Of a DNA stretch of 64,000 bases, positions 40,991 to 55,300 are shown piece after piece (the stretch's first letter is position 1; each line of letters opens with the position of its first letter). The notes below the pieces were generated by a model, which was not told where the DNA came from, made no database searches, and saw only the letters and a program-made list of their open reading frames with translations. Source of the stretch: Amoebidium appalachense (taxonomy: Eukaryota > Protista > Ichthyosporea); assembly GCA_963693365.1 (NCBI GenBank), contig CAVNZM010000013.1, positions 5,818,640-5,882,639 on the forward strand. The letters run 5' to 3'. Position numbers and translations under genes: made by a program.

Positions 40991-43367
40991 ACAGTCGACC
41001 TATCATTATAGTGATGCTGTGTACACCAATCAAATATGGAGTTTGGCTTTGGTGCGGATCCCCCTAGCTTTCCCTAGTTGTAAGTCACCCACACTCGCTC
41101 ACTCATATGACATCCACTTACGCACTGATCACCACACACTCACATGGGGCGTGACAGTCGGTCGTATGTGCGTTTCAAACTCTCCAGATTACGAGTACCC
41201 ATTAGCTGGGACAAGATGAACGAAAGAAGTAGAACTGCATTTTGTCTTGAATGTCTTCCATGGTTAATCTTTCATAAAATCAAACCACCTATAACTCGTC
41301 ATTAGATTTTTTCATAAAATCCGCTGTGTCTGGTCTTGCTTCGTCATACAGGGGGATTACGTCATATGTAACTTTTCCAGGAGTGTATATTTCCTTGTTT
41401 ACTATGTAATTTGTCTAAATCTTTTCCCCAAGTGATGCGCATAATCGCAGGCTGGGGAGGGCATGTCTCTTCAGCACCATAAAGTGCACAACAGGTAGTT
41501 TTTGGGGAACCCAACTGGTGCCCGTTGCGCCAATCGGATGAGCAACTCCTCCTCGAACGAGACATAAAGCACTGCACTAATCATCCCATGGTGCACCCGC
41601 AGTCTCGTAATGAGTTCCTGTGCTTGTGCTTGCACGTGAAAAACACGTGTCCGAGTCCAGTCAGTCTCTTGGTGCCGCTTCCAAATTCGTGCCGGCCTCA
41701 CCAATCAACGACGCTGCACGTGTACACTCGCTGCTACTTGTAATAACATTAGCAGTAATGTGGCAAGTAACTTATCCATAATGTTGGTCGATCGTGTCCT
41801 CGGCCACTGCCAGGCCAGCGTACTGGAATGTCGGTCTCCGGGGCTGGTTAATAATAGTTAGGCTTTAACACACTTTGCTGAATCAACACACACACCTTGC
41901 CAAACGTGCCGTTATACTAATTATAGCAACCCATACACAGGTGGCTGCAGCTGCTAGCGCTTCAGCTTTCTGTCAGCATTTGTGTCACCGCGAGCAGACA
42001 GCCGGCCTTGGAACAAATAAGTGCAACATACCACAGAGAGGCACAGACATAGCAGGTCACATATTTATTATGCTCCGTCGGCTCAGTAGCGCGTGCACAT
42101 ACTTGCACGCATAGAATGAGAATCGTACTGACATGAAATCAGTGCGACCCAGCACTGGTACCAGTCAGCTGAAGGTCATATGATCATATATGGCGCAGAT
42201 GAATAAGCGAAGAGGCTTTATTGTATTTGGCATTACAAAGCGCCAGCACGCGGCCTGAAGATTAGGGACGTTTCATGAGCAAGAGTGCAACTCCCACTAA
42301 AATCTTCTATAGACCTACCTTCCCAAAAGCGCCTGTACACACACACACACGATAATAACATACACGAACCTTCAACATAGTGTTAGAGTTTTATCAATAT
42401 ATGCCTAGCAACAATCGATGGTGTACCAAGGACATAAAACACTGGATACAAACTTTGTGACCTTGATTCAAGTTGTTGTCTTCTAACCTGAATCCTGGCA
42501 ACGGCCACAGCATCAGGGTACGTAGCCTCGCAAATTCTGAACACAACTCTCAGCCTGTTAGCTAGTTTAATTAATCACTGATGATTACACGTGAAGGCAT
42601 GATGCCCAAGAATTATTAGCAAGCACATCCCAGCTTCTCACATTGAAACGTGCCCAAGTGCATACACACATGCATACCGTGTTTTTAACATGCATAGATA
42701 TGCCCCAAGTGCACGTGCCGCTTGAACCGAAAGGTGATCAATAAAAGAAGAGAGAGAGCCCTTTTAAAGAAGAGATAAGAAAGTACACTCATGTCCCCCC
42801 CCATACACACAGACACCACAGAGAATGAGTGCCAAGCATTCACAAAAATTTAATCAATGACATGGATAGTCTTTCCGAATACAGAGTTCCTGCGGCATGG
42901 TCCCCGTATATAATACTAAATTAATTGGGAAAAGTTGTTGCAGTTCCCGTATTTCAAGAGTAAAATAGGCAAAGTTCTCGGGACATACAACATAAAGAAT
43001 CCCTGGGCGTGTTCTCACAGTTTTAAAACAAACACCACACGATATGTGGACACGCATGTACTTTACAAACCTCCTAAACTGTCATGCGAGGGGTGCATGT
43101 GCACGCTCATGTGTGTCAAGGTTCACCTCCTCGTATGTAACGTTTTAAAGAGGAAATTGGCTCAGAAATCTGCAAGGTGAAGGTTTCACAACGGTCTCAA
43201 AGTGTATACTAACTACCCTCGCTAGGTGCTTCTCAATAGATTTTCTAATAACCTGCTCCACTGAATCGATAGATCCCCTAGTACACTTTACCAAAGGCTA
43301 AGCATTAATCAATACATATTGTGTATCCAGGCATGCACAGGTGTCGGTGAGAGCTAGAGCTGAAACC

Positions 43368-44774
43368 ATGAGGCAACAAGTACCAAGGTGGCTCCTGGCC
43401 CTGGCCTGTGTCACACCATGGCCACACAGTGCCTCCGGTCAATTCCTGCAGCGCAACATGTACACCAACGGCACACAGTACTTTGTCCGTCCCCTTTTGG
43501 ACCAGGGATGGGTCACACACGCCGACACGCTATGCACGGCACCACAGCCACCCCTTGCCATGCAACAAGACTACCCATTAGCCGCCACCAACCCATGCTG
43601 TGGGCCTTACAGACCACTTGTCTACGCGCTTGATAAGGCCGGGGCACTGTTGAACGGTGGCGCACCGCTCGATGGGCCGGGGCCCGATGGGATTATTAAT
43701 GACGTGAATGGGGTGAAAGAATATGTGGTGCTGCCGGCCAGCGTGGACCGGGAGGATGTGGGGGCGGCCATAAATGGGAAGATGGGGTTAGGCCAGTTTG
43801 TGGTGTGGAATCCGCGCAGTAGAAAAGGAAACGAACTGATGCACCAAGAGATGGTCAAGGCACTGCAGGTGCGTCCTGCTTATCCTATCCCCCCCCCCCC
43901 CCCCCCCCAAAAAAAAAAAAAAAAAAAAAAAAAAACAGGAAAGAAAGAAAGAAAAAAGAAAAGGAAAAGGAAAAGGAAAAGGAAAATAATAGAAAGAAAA
44001 GAAATGCTCCCTCGTCCACCCACTTGCACAAACACAACCATCCACACGCATGTAGTCGTTTACCGGTGAACTTTCTCGTGGCCCACCACTTAAATTGCTC
44101 CCTCAACTCTGTGTTACACTCTTAGTCTAGGTATGTGCTCCGTCGGTGTGTGTGATCAGCCTAGGGTCTCCATTGGTGTGTATGCATCTTGACAGTGTTC
44201 TCTACTGGGGATAGACTAAGTACTTGAACACTTGTGAATGCCATATTAATACTTCAGTTGCACACACAAGCTCTACCCCCCTTCCCCCCTCTCCCTCTCC
44301 TTGCCGCTCTCTTCCACGGTCCTTGTTTTCATCTACTTTTCCTCTGGAACTACAACACCCTCTCCACACACACACGGATCGGGTGATGGGTGTCAGCTGG
44401 TAATTCTGACAGTTCATTGCATCACATGTGCCCTACTAGTATGTACAAACACCAAAAGCGTTAACCAACACACTGCAGTGACACACACGCGCGCCATTTC
44501 AACTGCTAACTTAGGCTACGGGCTGCAGGAGCTATCATGCATGTACAGGCCTTGGACCAACGGCAGCAACGCGACGGTCATGCGCTACGTCAAGGTTTCA
44601 TGGGACGATATTGCCGCCCTGGGCACCCCAAGCCCCCCACCTGGCCCCATGCCGGATGTCCTCTACGTCATGGGTCACATGGTCAGTGTGTGCACAAACT
44701 CATGATAGTTGACGAAGGCCTACACCCGGATCGCACACTCCATAATCGATGCCGAGCAGTTTTTTTTTTTTTTT

Positions 44775-44816
<42 letters not shown>

Positions 44817-46331
44817 GGACGAGTATAAGGGAAGGAACTCGAAGGGGAAGGAGGTTGTATCGTACATGCACTTTCAGTGGTGTGGGTACAAACACAAGTA
44901 GAAGACATCTGCGCCAACAAGATATACAACCTCGCATGTGTGCTAAGACAACATGCAATCAACATGGCAAAACAATGCACGGGGCTCCTTCATCAGATTT
45001 TTGTACAAGATCTTTAGCTAGGACACCCTTGAAGGTGCACGTGCATTATATGCGGTTAGAATCTATCCATGCTCAAAAATGCTTACAGTCACGTTGCTGA
45101 TTCCTTTCCCCAGCTAAACCGGCTCTACACTAGCGGGGTCATACGTAGTCTTCGCACAGATCTTTACCAAGACCAGGCCCGGGACCCCACCGCCACCCTC
45201 AAGCTCTTCACCTACAACATGTACCGCGACAGCCAATTCGAGTCTAACCTGCTCGAACTATTCCGTCCCGACTACCCACGGGGATTTCTCGGCTGGGCCC
45301 TCCACACCGGCACCATGCACGTGTTGTACAACACCACCACTTTTGCGCAAATGGGCCTGTCCTCCCTCCTTCCTAACGGCCCCTTAAACTACGACGCAAA
45401 CATAATCATCCGCAACGCAAACAACTGGACTTGGGCAAATTTCACCACCATTGCACAGGCAGTGAAGGACCGTGACCCACTTCAGTACCCGATCGAGATC
45501 GACGTAGGCACACACGACGATCTCTTTCTTCTCAACCAAATGCTTTTTCCTTTGTGGCGAAAGTCGGCAGGAGACAACGGAGGCACGGGGGACCTAAAAT
45601 GCTCTTTACCTATCAACGGGTCCGCAGCAACGCGTCAGGGGGTGGGTGTTCGACTCCTGCGCGATTGGTTAGACAGAGGTTTGGTGCGCGCTGGCGATCT
45701 CGCTCCTGAACCAACCACCAACACAAACATGAGCAAATGGGTGGAGGCTTGGCCCAACGTCAGCCTCAATGGACCCCCACCCTACCGGGGGGGTTTATTG
45801 GGCGAGGACAGGCCACTGTATGGGTTCCGGTTCAGCAGCTGCGACAGGCCGGTGCCCATCGGTGCACCAGACATCAAGTTCATGCTGATGCCGGGCGAGC
45901 AGGTGTGTGTACACATGTGGTGTGAAGGTGTTGATTCAAAAAAGGGGTTGGGGGGGGGGGGGGGGGGGGGGAGGGGAATGAAGGGGGGGGGGGGGGGGGG
46001 GGGGAGAACCCGGAGAGGAGGGGAGGGGAGAGGAGGGGGTAGGGGAAGGGGGAGGGGGGGGACGAACGAAAGAGAGAGTAAAAATGTGATAAAAGCAGGG
46101 TGTGGAGAGAGGAGTTGGGGGGGGGGGGGGGGGGGGGGGGGGGAGTGTTGTGTTGTATTATTCGTGCATTTGGAATTTCCGGCTGATAACTTCTCATCCT
46201 CCCCCTCCCCCTTCCCCGAATGGGTTCTACCTTATCATCTCACTTTGCCAGTTCTTTTTTGCATATTTCCATTCTCCTGGCCGTCGAGAGAGTATTCGTC
46301 CTCCCTGTAATGCATTCTAATCTCTCCGTCC

Positions 46332-46373
<42 letters not shown>

Positions 46374-46498
46374 TGCAATGGGCTCTTGTTTCTGATGCAT
46401 ACCTCAAATTTTGTTTTTTTTACTTTTTTTTTTGGGAGTTTTTTGCGGAGTTGTAAACCGCACTGTGATGCCACTCCTGAATCCGTCATTCTCTGTAA

Positions 46499-46537
<39 letters not shown>

Positions 46538-46893
46538 CCCCCCCCCCCCCCCCACCCCACCCCCACCCCCCCTCCCAAAAAAAAAAAGAAGAAAGAAGGA
46601 AAGAAAGGAAAAGAAAAAAAAGAGAGAACTAAAGCTCACAATCCCTGCCACTTAGGGCACAACCTACACGTACGGAGCCGCCATTGGACGCAACAGCACG
46701 CAGGGGGCCATGGCTTACTCCTACATCAAGCTGCTAGCAGACAACGACAAGCAGTATCTTGCAGGCACGGCAGTGGCCAGCGACACCATCCCAGCAAACA
46801 CAAACATACGCCAGAGTGCAGACACCATCTGGATCCTGCCTTACACTACCCGTGCCACTGCACCTGACCTGGGCCCAATCACAACAAGGTGGG

Positions 46894-46980
<87 letters not shown>

Positions 46981-47698
46981 CCTCTCCCTCCCTTCCCCTC
47001 CCCCCCCCCCCCCCCTTCCCCCGCCAATTAAGGCCTTCATCTCCACACCCTCCCCGCCTCGCCCCCCCTCCCCCCCCCTCCCCCTCCACACACACACATA
47101 CACACACCGCACACGAGTCGCGTGCTATAATACCTGTAGTACCGGGTGGCTTCATTCTCAATCTCCCTCCAACACCTTTCAAGAGGATTCAACCACCTCA
47201 CTCCAACCACCGCTCAGCACAACCACCCAGGCTACTGTGCCCAAGCTCTTGTTCCCCCCCTCCCCCCCCCCTTCCTCCTCTTAAACGAACACGGTGCCAC
47301 CAGTTCTAATTAACCCATTAATTAAAGTGTTACGCATACAGCATACCGTTCATGCTATTAGTTACACTTTCATGTTCCTTTCTTTCTTTCTTTTTTTTTT
47401 TTTTTTTTGATTCTATAAACTTTTTTTTTGTGCCCCAAAACTTCCCGTCCAAATTTCTATATTTGCCAAGGCTAATCGTGCGATCGTGCGATCGCGCGGG
47501 AATGATTGGTCCATACATATTTTTTTGAGATTCCCTACTTTTTTTATTTTATCATTATATATTGAAGAGCCCGTGCACGAGCACATTTGACAATGTTGCC
47601 TTCAAGCCAATTGTTTTTAGGCTATAACGGCAATCAACGGACCCCCCCCCCCCCCCCCCCCCCCCCCTCCCCCACACAACAAAAAAAAAAAGAAGAAG

Positions 47699-47729
<31 letters not shown>

Positions 47730-47917
47730 GAAAGAAACAAGAAGGGGGGGGGGGGGAGAGAGAGAGAAAGGAAAACAAACAAAACAAACACTTGGCAAAC
47801 AAAAAAACAAGCAAAAAGAACCATGCTGCTTCCTGAAAGCCAAATGTTCGGCCACATTTGTTGCACTACCAAACCCCACTTCGTCCCCCCTTTCCCCCCA
47901 AGGCGTCCCCACCTTCC

Positions 47918-47948
<31 letters not shown>

Positions 47949-48712
47949 AAAAAAAAAAAAGGAAACAGTGAGAGAGAAAAAAGAAAAGAAAGAAAAAAAC
48001 CACACAAATATGCGCGTGCTAACACATACACATACACACAGACACACACATACACGTACATTCCATTTTTCTCCCTCTTTCCCTCCTCTATTGCCCCATC
48101 TTTCACCCCTCTCCTCCCCCCCTCCTTCCCCCTCCCCCTCCCCCCCCCCCCCCCCCCCCCCCTCTTTCCCCCCAATCTATTCACCCTTTTAGGAACCGTT
48201 GTACATGTTCCCACACAGTTCGTTTGCAGTTCCAATCCATTGCCACAATCCAACACCTACTGGGTGCCCTCTCACCTGAGAGTCTCCCACGTGCACAGCC
48301 AGCCATGACCACCACACACTGACCTCCACCCCCCCCTCCCCCCCCCCCCCCTCCCCCGAGGCCCGTTCCCCTGAGACTCCCCTCACCCACTCGCCCACTC
48401 ACCTCTCAGCCCCCCCCCCTCTCCATCCTTCCCCTCTGCCTCCTCCCTTCCTCACCTTCCCCCCAAAACACATCCACCCATACAGAGGGCGATTTCTTTG
48501 GGGCATAGCCGGTCAGCGGTTCCGCAATTTGGGTTGGCCCTATGCACCCCCACGGCAGCTCGCTGACCTGTCAGTCAGCCAGCCCCTACGGCACCTGCTT
48601 GCAGGGCTGGCTGTTAAGAATGCTACTGCCGAGGCAGCCAGGGATGTTGCATGCAGAGTCATGGACTATACAGTGGTGCCTAGATGCTCCCTCAAGTATG
48701 TTTTTGCTTGCT

Positions 48713-48774
<62 letters not shown>

Positions 48775-48784
48775 ACCACCACCA

Positions 48785-48823
<39 letters not shown>

Positions 48824-50386
48824 AGAAACAAATACCACACAAAACAACCACACCGCCTTTACCACCGTCATCATGTGTGTTGCACCACATAACCCAACTA
48901 TCCCGAGCCTTCTTTCCCCAAAAATACTCCCCTCATTAGCCAGCCAGTCTTCCCCCCCCCGCCTCCCCCCTCCCGTCCCCCCTCCCCCCGCCTCCCCCCT
49001 CCCGTCCCCCCTCCCCCTCCCCCCCCCCCCCTCCCCCCTCCACTCTGTCACCGCCTGTTAAGAGTGTTGCCATGCATATGGCCACGCATACTAACTACCC
49101 TACATCCCCCCAGGGACCACCTAGTAGCAACCATAGGCCCCTGCCGTGCCACCACCAACACCATCCCCGTTCTTCTCCTCTGGCGCCCCCCCAGGCCCGG
49201 CCAGACGGTAGTGTGCCGAGACGACGACATAATCATGCCCCCACCTCCAACCCTCGAGTGCCTTTACCCGGAGCGCATGTACGGCCCAGTGCTCGCCTTG
49301 CAGATAGTGGCCGGAACAGCGGCGTTTCTAACCCTGGCATGCACCGTGGGCCTGGTTGTACTTCGTAAGCACCCCATGGTTGCCGCCATGCACCATTTGT
49401 GGGCCGCCGCTGGCCTCACCGGGTGCCTGCTCGTATTTGCAGCCCTGCTCATTCTTCCCGGGCCTCCGGACAGGCCCCGTCTTCTTGCAGGGGTGTGGCT
49501 GCTTGCTCTGGGCTGGGGCCTGACGTTCTCCTCACTGCTTGCACGTGCACTGCATGGGTTGGGTGCCCCACGTGCAGCAATAGGGATCGTGGCATTATCT
49601 ATAGCCATAGAAATCATCATTCTTGCAGTAATAACCGGGGCAAAGGGGTCGCCTACGTTTGCACCGGTGACCCGCAGCGAACAGATGACGATCGCGGCAA
49701 TGAGTGGCGGGGAGGTTGTTGATGTGACATACACAAGAGTGGTGGCTGATTTTACGCCCACTGCTGCCATAATGGCGCTAGTGTCTATAAATATCATTTT
49801 GGTAGCCGCCGTCGCCGCGGGTGCGTTTGCTTCTTCAGCAAGGCGGAGAGGTGGGGCGGTGTATGATGGGCGCACAGTACTTGGGGTGAGCCTCAACGCA
49901 CTGATGGTGGGGTTGGTGGTGCTGCCGTCCTTCCCTTCGTTCGGCACGGCCACTACAACGTATTTGGTGGTGGGTGCCGCATGCCTGGCCATATTCCTCG
50001 GCCTAGTGCTGTGTGTGTTTGTACCGCGGTTGCTTTTGGCAATGCTACCAGATAACGGCAACCATTTTGCCGTTGTGTGGTTGAGAAAACTAGCCGTCAG
50101 CACGACGACAGAGAGCAGCAACACAGACACCAGCCAGCAAGAGGGGTCAAGCCGCCGCACAGGAAGCGATAAAAAGACCAGCAGGCAAATGTCGACAAAA
50201 CAAGTGGGGGCATCGACAGCAGACACACTGCACGATGGGGATGGGGAGGAGGTGGAGACAGCAAAGGTGGCTCACAGAATGAAGAGAATGAGAGAGCACG
50301 TGCAGGAGTTGAAGGCCACCGTGGAAGACACTAGAAGCAGGCTGGCTGCAAGGAAGGCCCTAAAGGATGCGTGGGTGAAGGGGTAG
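43368..50386 (+). CDS. Class C-like GPCR 'B', paralog of GPCR A, with periplasmic sugar-binding-like ectodomain, divergent 7TM and basic C-terminal coiled coil (~1052 aa, 6 exons)
   Basis: Exons 43368-43868, 44529-44681, 45114-45902, 46656-46888, 48486-48695 and 49114-50386, phase-consistent. Shares P(L/V)VYAL, YVVLP, VxWN, QEMVKA(L/I)Q|E and PLRHLLA with GPCR A. SBP motifs PDVLYV, WALH....VLYNTTTF, NWTWANF. Seven hydrophobic segments ending VFVPR. Confidence 0.88.
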
Positions 50387-50971
50387 AAGTGGTTAAAAAC
50401 GATGGGGGGTGATGGGGGAGAGGGGGAGGCGGGAGGGTAGAAGGGGCGGGAAGGGGGGCCGGGGGGGGGGGGGGGGGGGGGGAGGATGAAACTTGTATTT
50501 TGGAAACAGGATGCTTCGTCCTTAACTGAGTAACCCTTGGGACAGTTTGTACGATGGAAAGGGATTAATGGCAACATTACGGTGTTAAGTTAAAACATGC
50601 GGATGGCTACTCAATGTAGAATGTGGTTCACGGTGTGAAAAAATTAGAAATAAATAAGTTCACAAACGGCAAGGTATGTTAACGGTGCCGTGCCTCCTCT
50701 TCTTTTGGGTTCTCTGTGTTAAACGACTTGGCAATCACATCGACCCGGATTCGACGTGATTCGGCTATGTGAAAAAGAAAACCCACACAGCATCCAACAA
50801 AGTCAGGCTGCCCATTCTCAGCTCAGCGGTGGTGTGTGTGTGTGTGTGTGCGCGCGTATGTCACGGTGTGTGTGTGTGTGTGTTATTGGGGTATCATAAA
50901 TTGCAACACATCCGATGATCATCACTGCACCAATGGGTTATATAGATAAGAGCGGAGAGTTAGAGGAGGAT

Positions 50972-51010
<39 letters not shown>

Positions 51011-51449
51011 TTGGGCTGCGATTATTGGATTGGGGTGCTCCGATATTTTGGTACAGTACTTCTCCACCCGGGGAAGAGGGGGGCGCGGGGGGAGGGGGAG
51101 GGTGGGGATGGGGACTCGAGAAAGCAGATTTATTTAATGGTGGAAAGTATACGTGCATGTCTTCGTAACTCCCGTTGCAGTCTGAAAGCCGAAATTTCGT
51201 GATATATACCCGTTAATGCTTACATTCGTGCATATACATCGACATAGGACGAACAGCACACTCTAGAAAGTTACATCTACTCTGAAATACTCGATATTCT
51301 TTCTTTTTGATGTAAATAAAAATTAAAACAGGACTCCAATTGGTTGACGCCTTTCTCTTAGTTTCCTTCATAGGCCCCTTTGGTATCATAGCTTTGTCCC
51401 TTTTCGCTTCAAATCCTTAAGCTTGTGTTGCTTTGGGAACTTAAACACT

Positions 51450-51484
<35 letters not shown>

Positions 51485-51703
51485 CCACCCACCCGAAACA
51501 CACACACAAACACACCATATAACACCACCATTTTTTAATTTTCAAAACAGAACTACAAGATAAACTTCGCTTGACATATGTATTTCATCAAACCTCACTC
51601 ACACAGATCCAACATACTACATTATTCTACAATTAACACAAAAAAAAGTTATCACTATCTCATCTCCATGGAGGAAACTTCATCACATACTACAAGAGTT
51701 TAT

Positions 51704-52325
51704 TCACAAACCGCGTGTCTTCGGTTGAGGAGGTTCGTTTGTATTTTCCCACCCAGGCACGGCAAATGGGAATCCACTCGCCACTCTTGCCCCTTCCACC
51801 CTTTTCCACCTCTTTTGCACAAACATGTGCACCACAGCCAGGACCACCAGCACACACAGGCCCCCACAGCCCACGGCAAAGAAGAGCATGCTGGCCTGTC
51901 CTCCCATGGAGTCCGCCACTAGCCTGCAAGGTGGCCCATTGAGAATTTGATTTAAAACAAAACAGTTGCCCCCTCCCCCCCCTTTCTCCCTCCCCCTCCC
52001 CCCCCCCCCCCCCCCTTTCTCCCTCCCCTCCCCCCTCCCCCCCCCCCTTTCTCCCTCCCCTCCTCCCCCTCCCCACCCCCTCCCTCCCTCCACCAACCCC
52101 TCGTTACCCCTCCCTCCCACCCACACACCCCCTCCCCTCACCAGCTGCCTTTTTACGCCAGGTATGCATGGATTAAAGGCATGTTATGATGATAAGGAAA
52201 CCCCAGAAGAAAGGGAGGTATGGGGGCTGCAAGAAGTAAAGTAGACTATCAGGGAAGCAAGAGAAGTGCGTGTGCAGCGGGGGTGGCACACGTGTCTGTG
52301 TGCGCGCGTGTGTTGTGTGTGTGTG

Positions 52326-52375
<50 letters not shown>

Positions 52376-55300
52376 CGTGCGCGCGCGCGCGTTTGCATTT
52401 GTATCTGTGTATGTGTGCACGATGTGCATGTGTGTGTACACCACACACATACACACACACAACTTCATGAATGTATGTTGCCGGCGAGCGCACACCAACA
52501 CCTGTGACCTTGATTGCCTCGGTCCACACACAATGGCACACAAAGAGACATCCACGGGCACACACCTGTAGAGCCGAGGAAAAGGGGAGGGGGGCAGGGG
52601 GGGGGGGGGGGGGGAGGGGTTGCTTACCCAGCTGTGGCACCCACAATTAACTGGGCTGCAGTCAGGGTAGCATTGACCAGACTACTGAAAAACCCTCTTC
52701 TTTCCGTGCTCTTTTCCTCGGCTAGGATGGTCTCACACACCACATAGGGGTTGTTGCTGTGCACACAGTAGCCCACACCCATAAGGGCTGATATGACAAT
52801 TTGCAACCATAAGAGGTCGCTGGCGTAGCGGGCGGCAATAAGAGAAAGAAGAAAAATCACCTCGGAGCCAATAAGAACACTCATAGGCCCAAGGCGGGTA
52901 TTCTGCGGTTAATGTGTGGTTGGGTGGATGATGTTGGGTAGGGGGTTAGTTACGAAGGGGGTATGAAAGTCGTTTGATTCGGTAGAGGGAGCAAAAAGGA
53001 GGAGGGAATGATTTGACTCGATAGAGGGCGTGTGTAAGCAAGAGTATAACACAAAACAACACAGGACCGGAAGCACAGCTCCCGGCAGAGTTCCTAGAAT
53101 ATGCGAACTCTCGTAAAACACCCGAGCTCCGCCAAATTGCCAAGGAAACATATGCCAGCATTCTTGCAGGCAACGAGTACCGCCGCAACTCCCCTCCCAA
53201 ACCGCCGGCTAAGGGGAACACCCAAGCAAACGGTAACATCAACATCCCACCCAAATACGAGAGGGTGTATTTCAAAGTCAAGCACGGCAGACGCCCACAC
53301 AGGGCCATGTGGTCCATCTTCAAGGCTCTCGGCTTCCGGTGCTCTCGCATCCTTTGTCTGTCCTTCATTGGATACGATGTGCTGGAAGTAGCAGTACGGG
53401 GCGACTATAACCGTGCGTTCATCCGTGACGCGACAAAGGGGTGTGGAAGCTTCTTCACCCACCTCCCAAGCTACGACCCATGCGCGCCGGAAAACATTCA
53501 GAAAGCAGACAAAGAACGTAAAGTGTCTGCTAAGAATGCGTGCGCCACACGTTGTCGTGTACGCATCAGCAAGGCAAAAGAGTTCCTCGCAAAGTTGGAA
53601 AACGATGCTACGAGCGTGATAGACACGGACACGAAGGAACCAATGTTTTCTGGTGAGAAACTGCTCGAGCGCAAACGCCGATGCGAGATGGAAATCGAGC
53701 TCTTCTGCGAACTGTTCGCGCTGGCGGAAGGTCGTGCATACGACCCCGTAAGCGACAAGTGGGAACCAACCCCACAGGTGTCGGACCAAACCGATGCCTA
53801 ATTTATCCTTCTTCTTCTGGAATGCTCGGACACTGGGCCCCCAAAAGGGCCTCCCCCCCGGGACACTCGACGATAAAATCAGCTACATACAACAACAGAC
53901 AAACAACCACACGTTTACAGTGATTTGCGAAACACAGTTTAAAAACCACCACAAATTCAACTCTACATTGGTCGACACATCCACACACCCCGGTTACGCG
54001 AAAAACCGAGGCATTATTGTACTTGCCGCACCACACGTGAGAGTGAAGTGCAAACCGGTAGCAAAAACGGAATTCTCGGTTTCTATAGAGTTTCTTTCTA
54101 ATGTTTTTACTTTTGTATATTACCCACCATCTATGTCGGTTGTCGAATTGACTCACGAGTTGTCACAGTTACCAATGTCCACTGTTATTTTAGGTGATTT
54201 TAACACGCGACTCCACCACACAGACACACTGCAAGTGAGTGTCGGGTACCCATCTAAGCCCCCGGAGCGTGCTATCCCTTTAGCAAGGTATGTCCAAAGT
54301 CACACTTTGCGGTTCCCTCAAATATCCCATGCCCACAACACCGACTGGGGAGTGGCCTTTTGGCCATCAACCATGTCAAAACTCTCTCTCCCTCCTAACC
54401 TCTCTAGGTCATCTGACCACTCTCCTATCCTTTTCCTACCTAAGATCTCCCTTGATCTGCTCCCCCCTCCCCCTCCCACCTTTCGCCTCCGTCTATCCCA
54501 GCTTAAGTCACAGTGGGGTAGAGTTGATGTATGTGTATGCTATGCTACGAAACACCCTATATATATGCGCCTATTAGAATCTGCACAAGCCAGGCCAGAT
54601 TCACATCTCGTACTAGATACATGCACTAACTTTATTGTTGATGATTTGATAGATCTCGGTGATTATGCTGGCGGTGGTAGGAAGGAATATCCCGATGCTC
54701 TCTTGTTACCAAACACCACTCCCGCTAGACTAGGTGAACCCCTGTCTCAAAAGGAAAGCTTGCGCCGGCTTGCTAGTATGAATCGATTTGGCCCCCCTGC
54801 TCGTATTATTGGTGATACCACTGGAGACCCCCTCATAGACTCTGATAAGTATTTCTCGGAACTGTTTAAAGATAGGACCCCCGCTCAGAAACCTATTGTG
54901 TGGCCTGTAGACCCATCTATCCCCATAGAATCGATCCTCCCCTTTTTCAGTCCCGATGCCATATGGTCTGTGATATCTAGTTATAGCTCTAGTAAGTCTT
55001 GTGGACCTGATGGACTCCCTGCTGGGTTTCTTAAAATCCTTGTTCCCTCCTACCCACAAAAGGAAAGTGATCGTGCTATTAAACCTGATCTTACTATCAT
55101 GTTAAGCTCTCTCTTTTCTTGGTGTGTTAAATGTGGACATGTCCCGTCATCTTGGTTAGATACCTTAGTGATCCCCATAGTTAAGAAGGACTCTGAGGGC
55201 CCCATATCATCCTTTCGCCCCATTACACTAACCCAGGTTGTTCGTAGATTCTTTGAAGCTTGCTTACTTAGGTTATTTGCACATCACCCTAGGTTTCAAT

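Noticed and set aside
49264-50226. 320-aa minus-strand ORF (likewise 53094-53789 and 31084-31611)
   Set aside because: Antisense shadows of real coding sequence, with no recognisable motifs.
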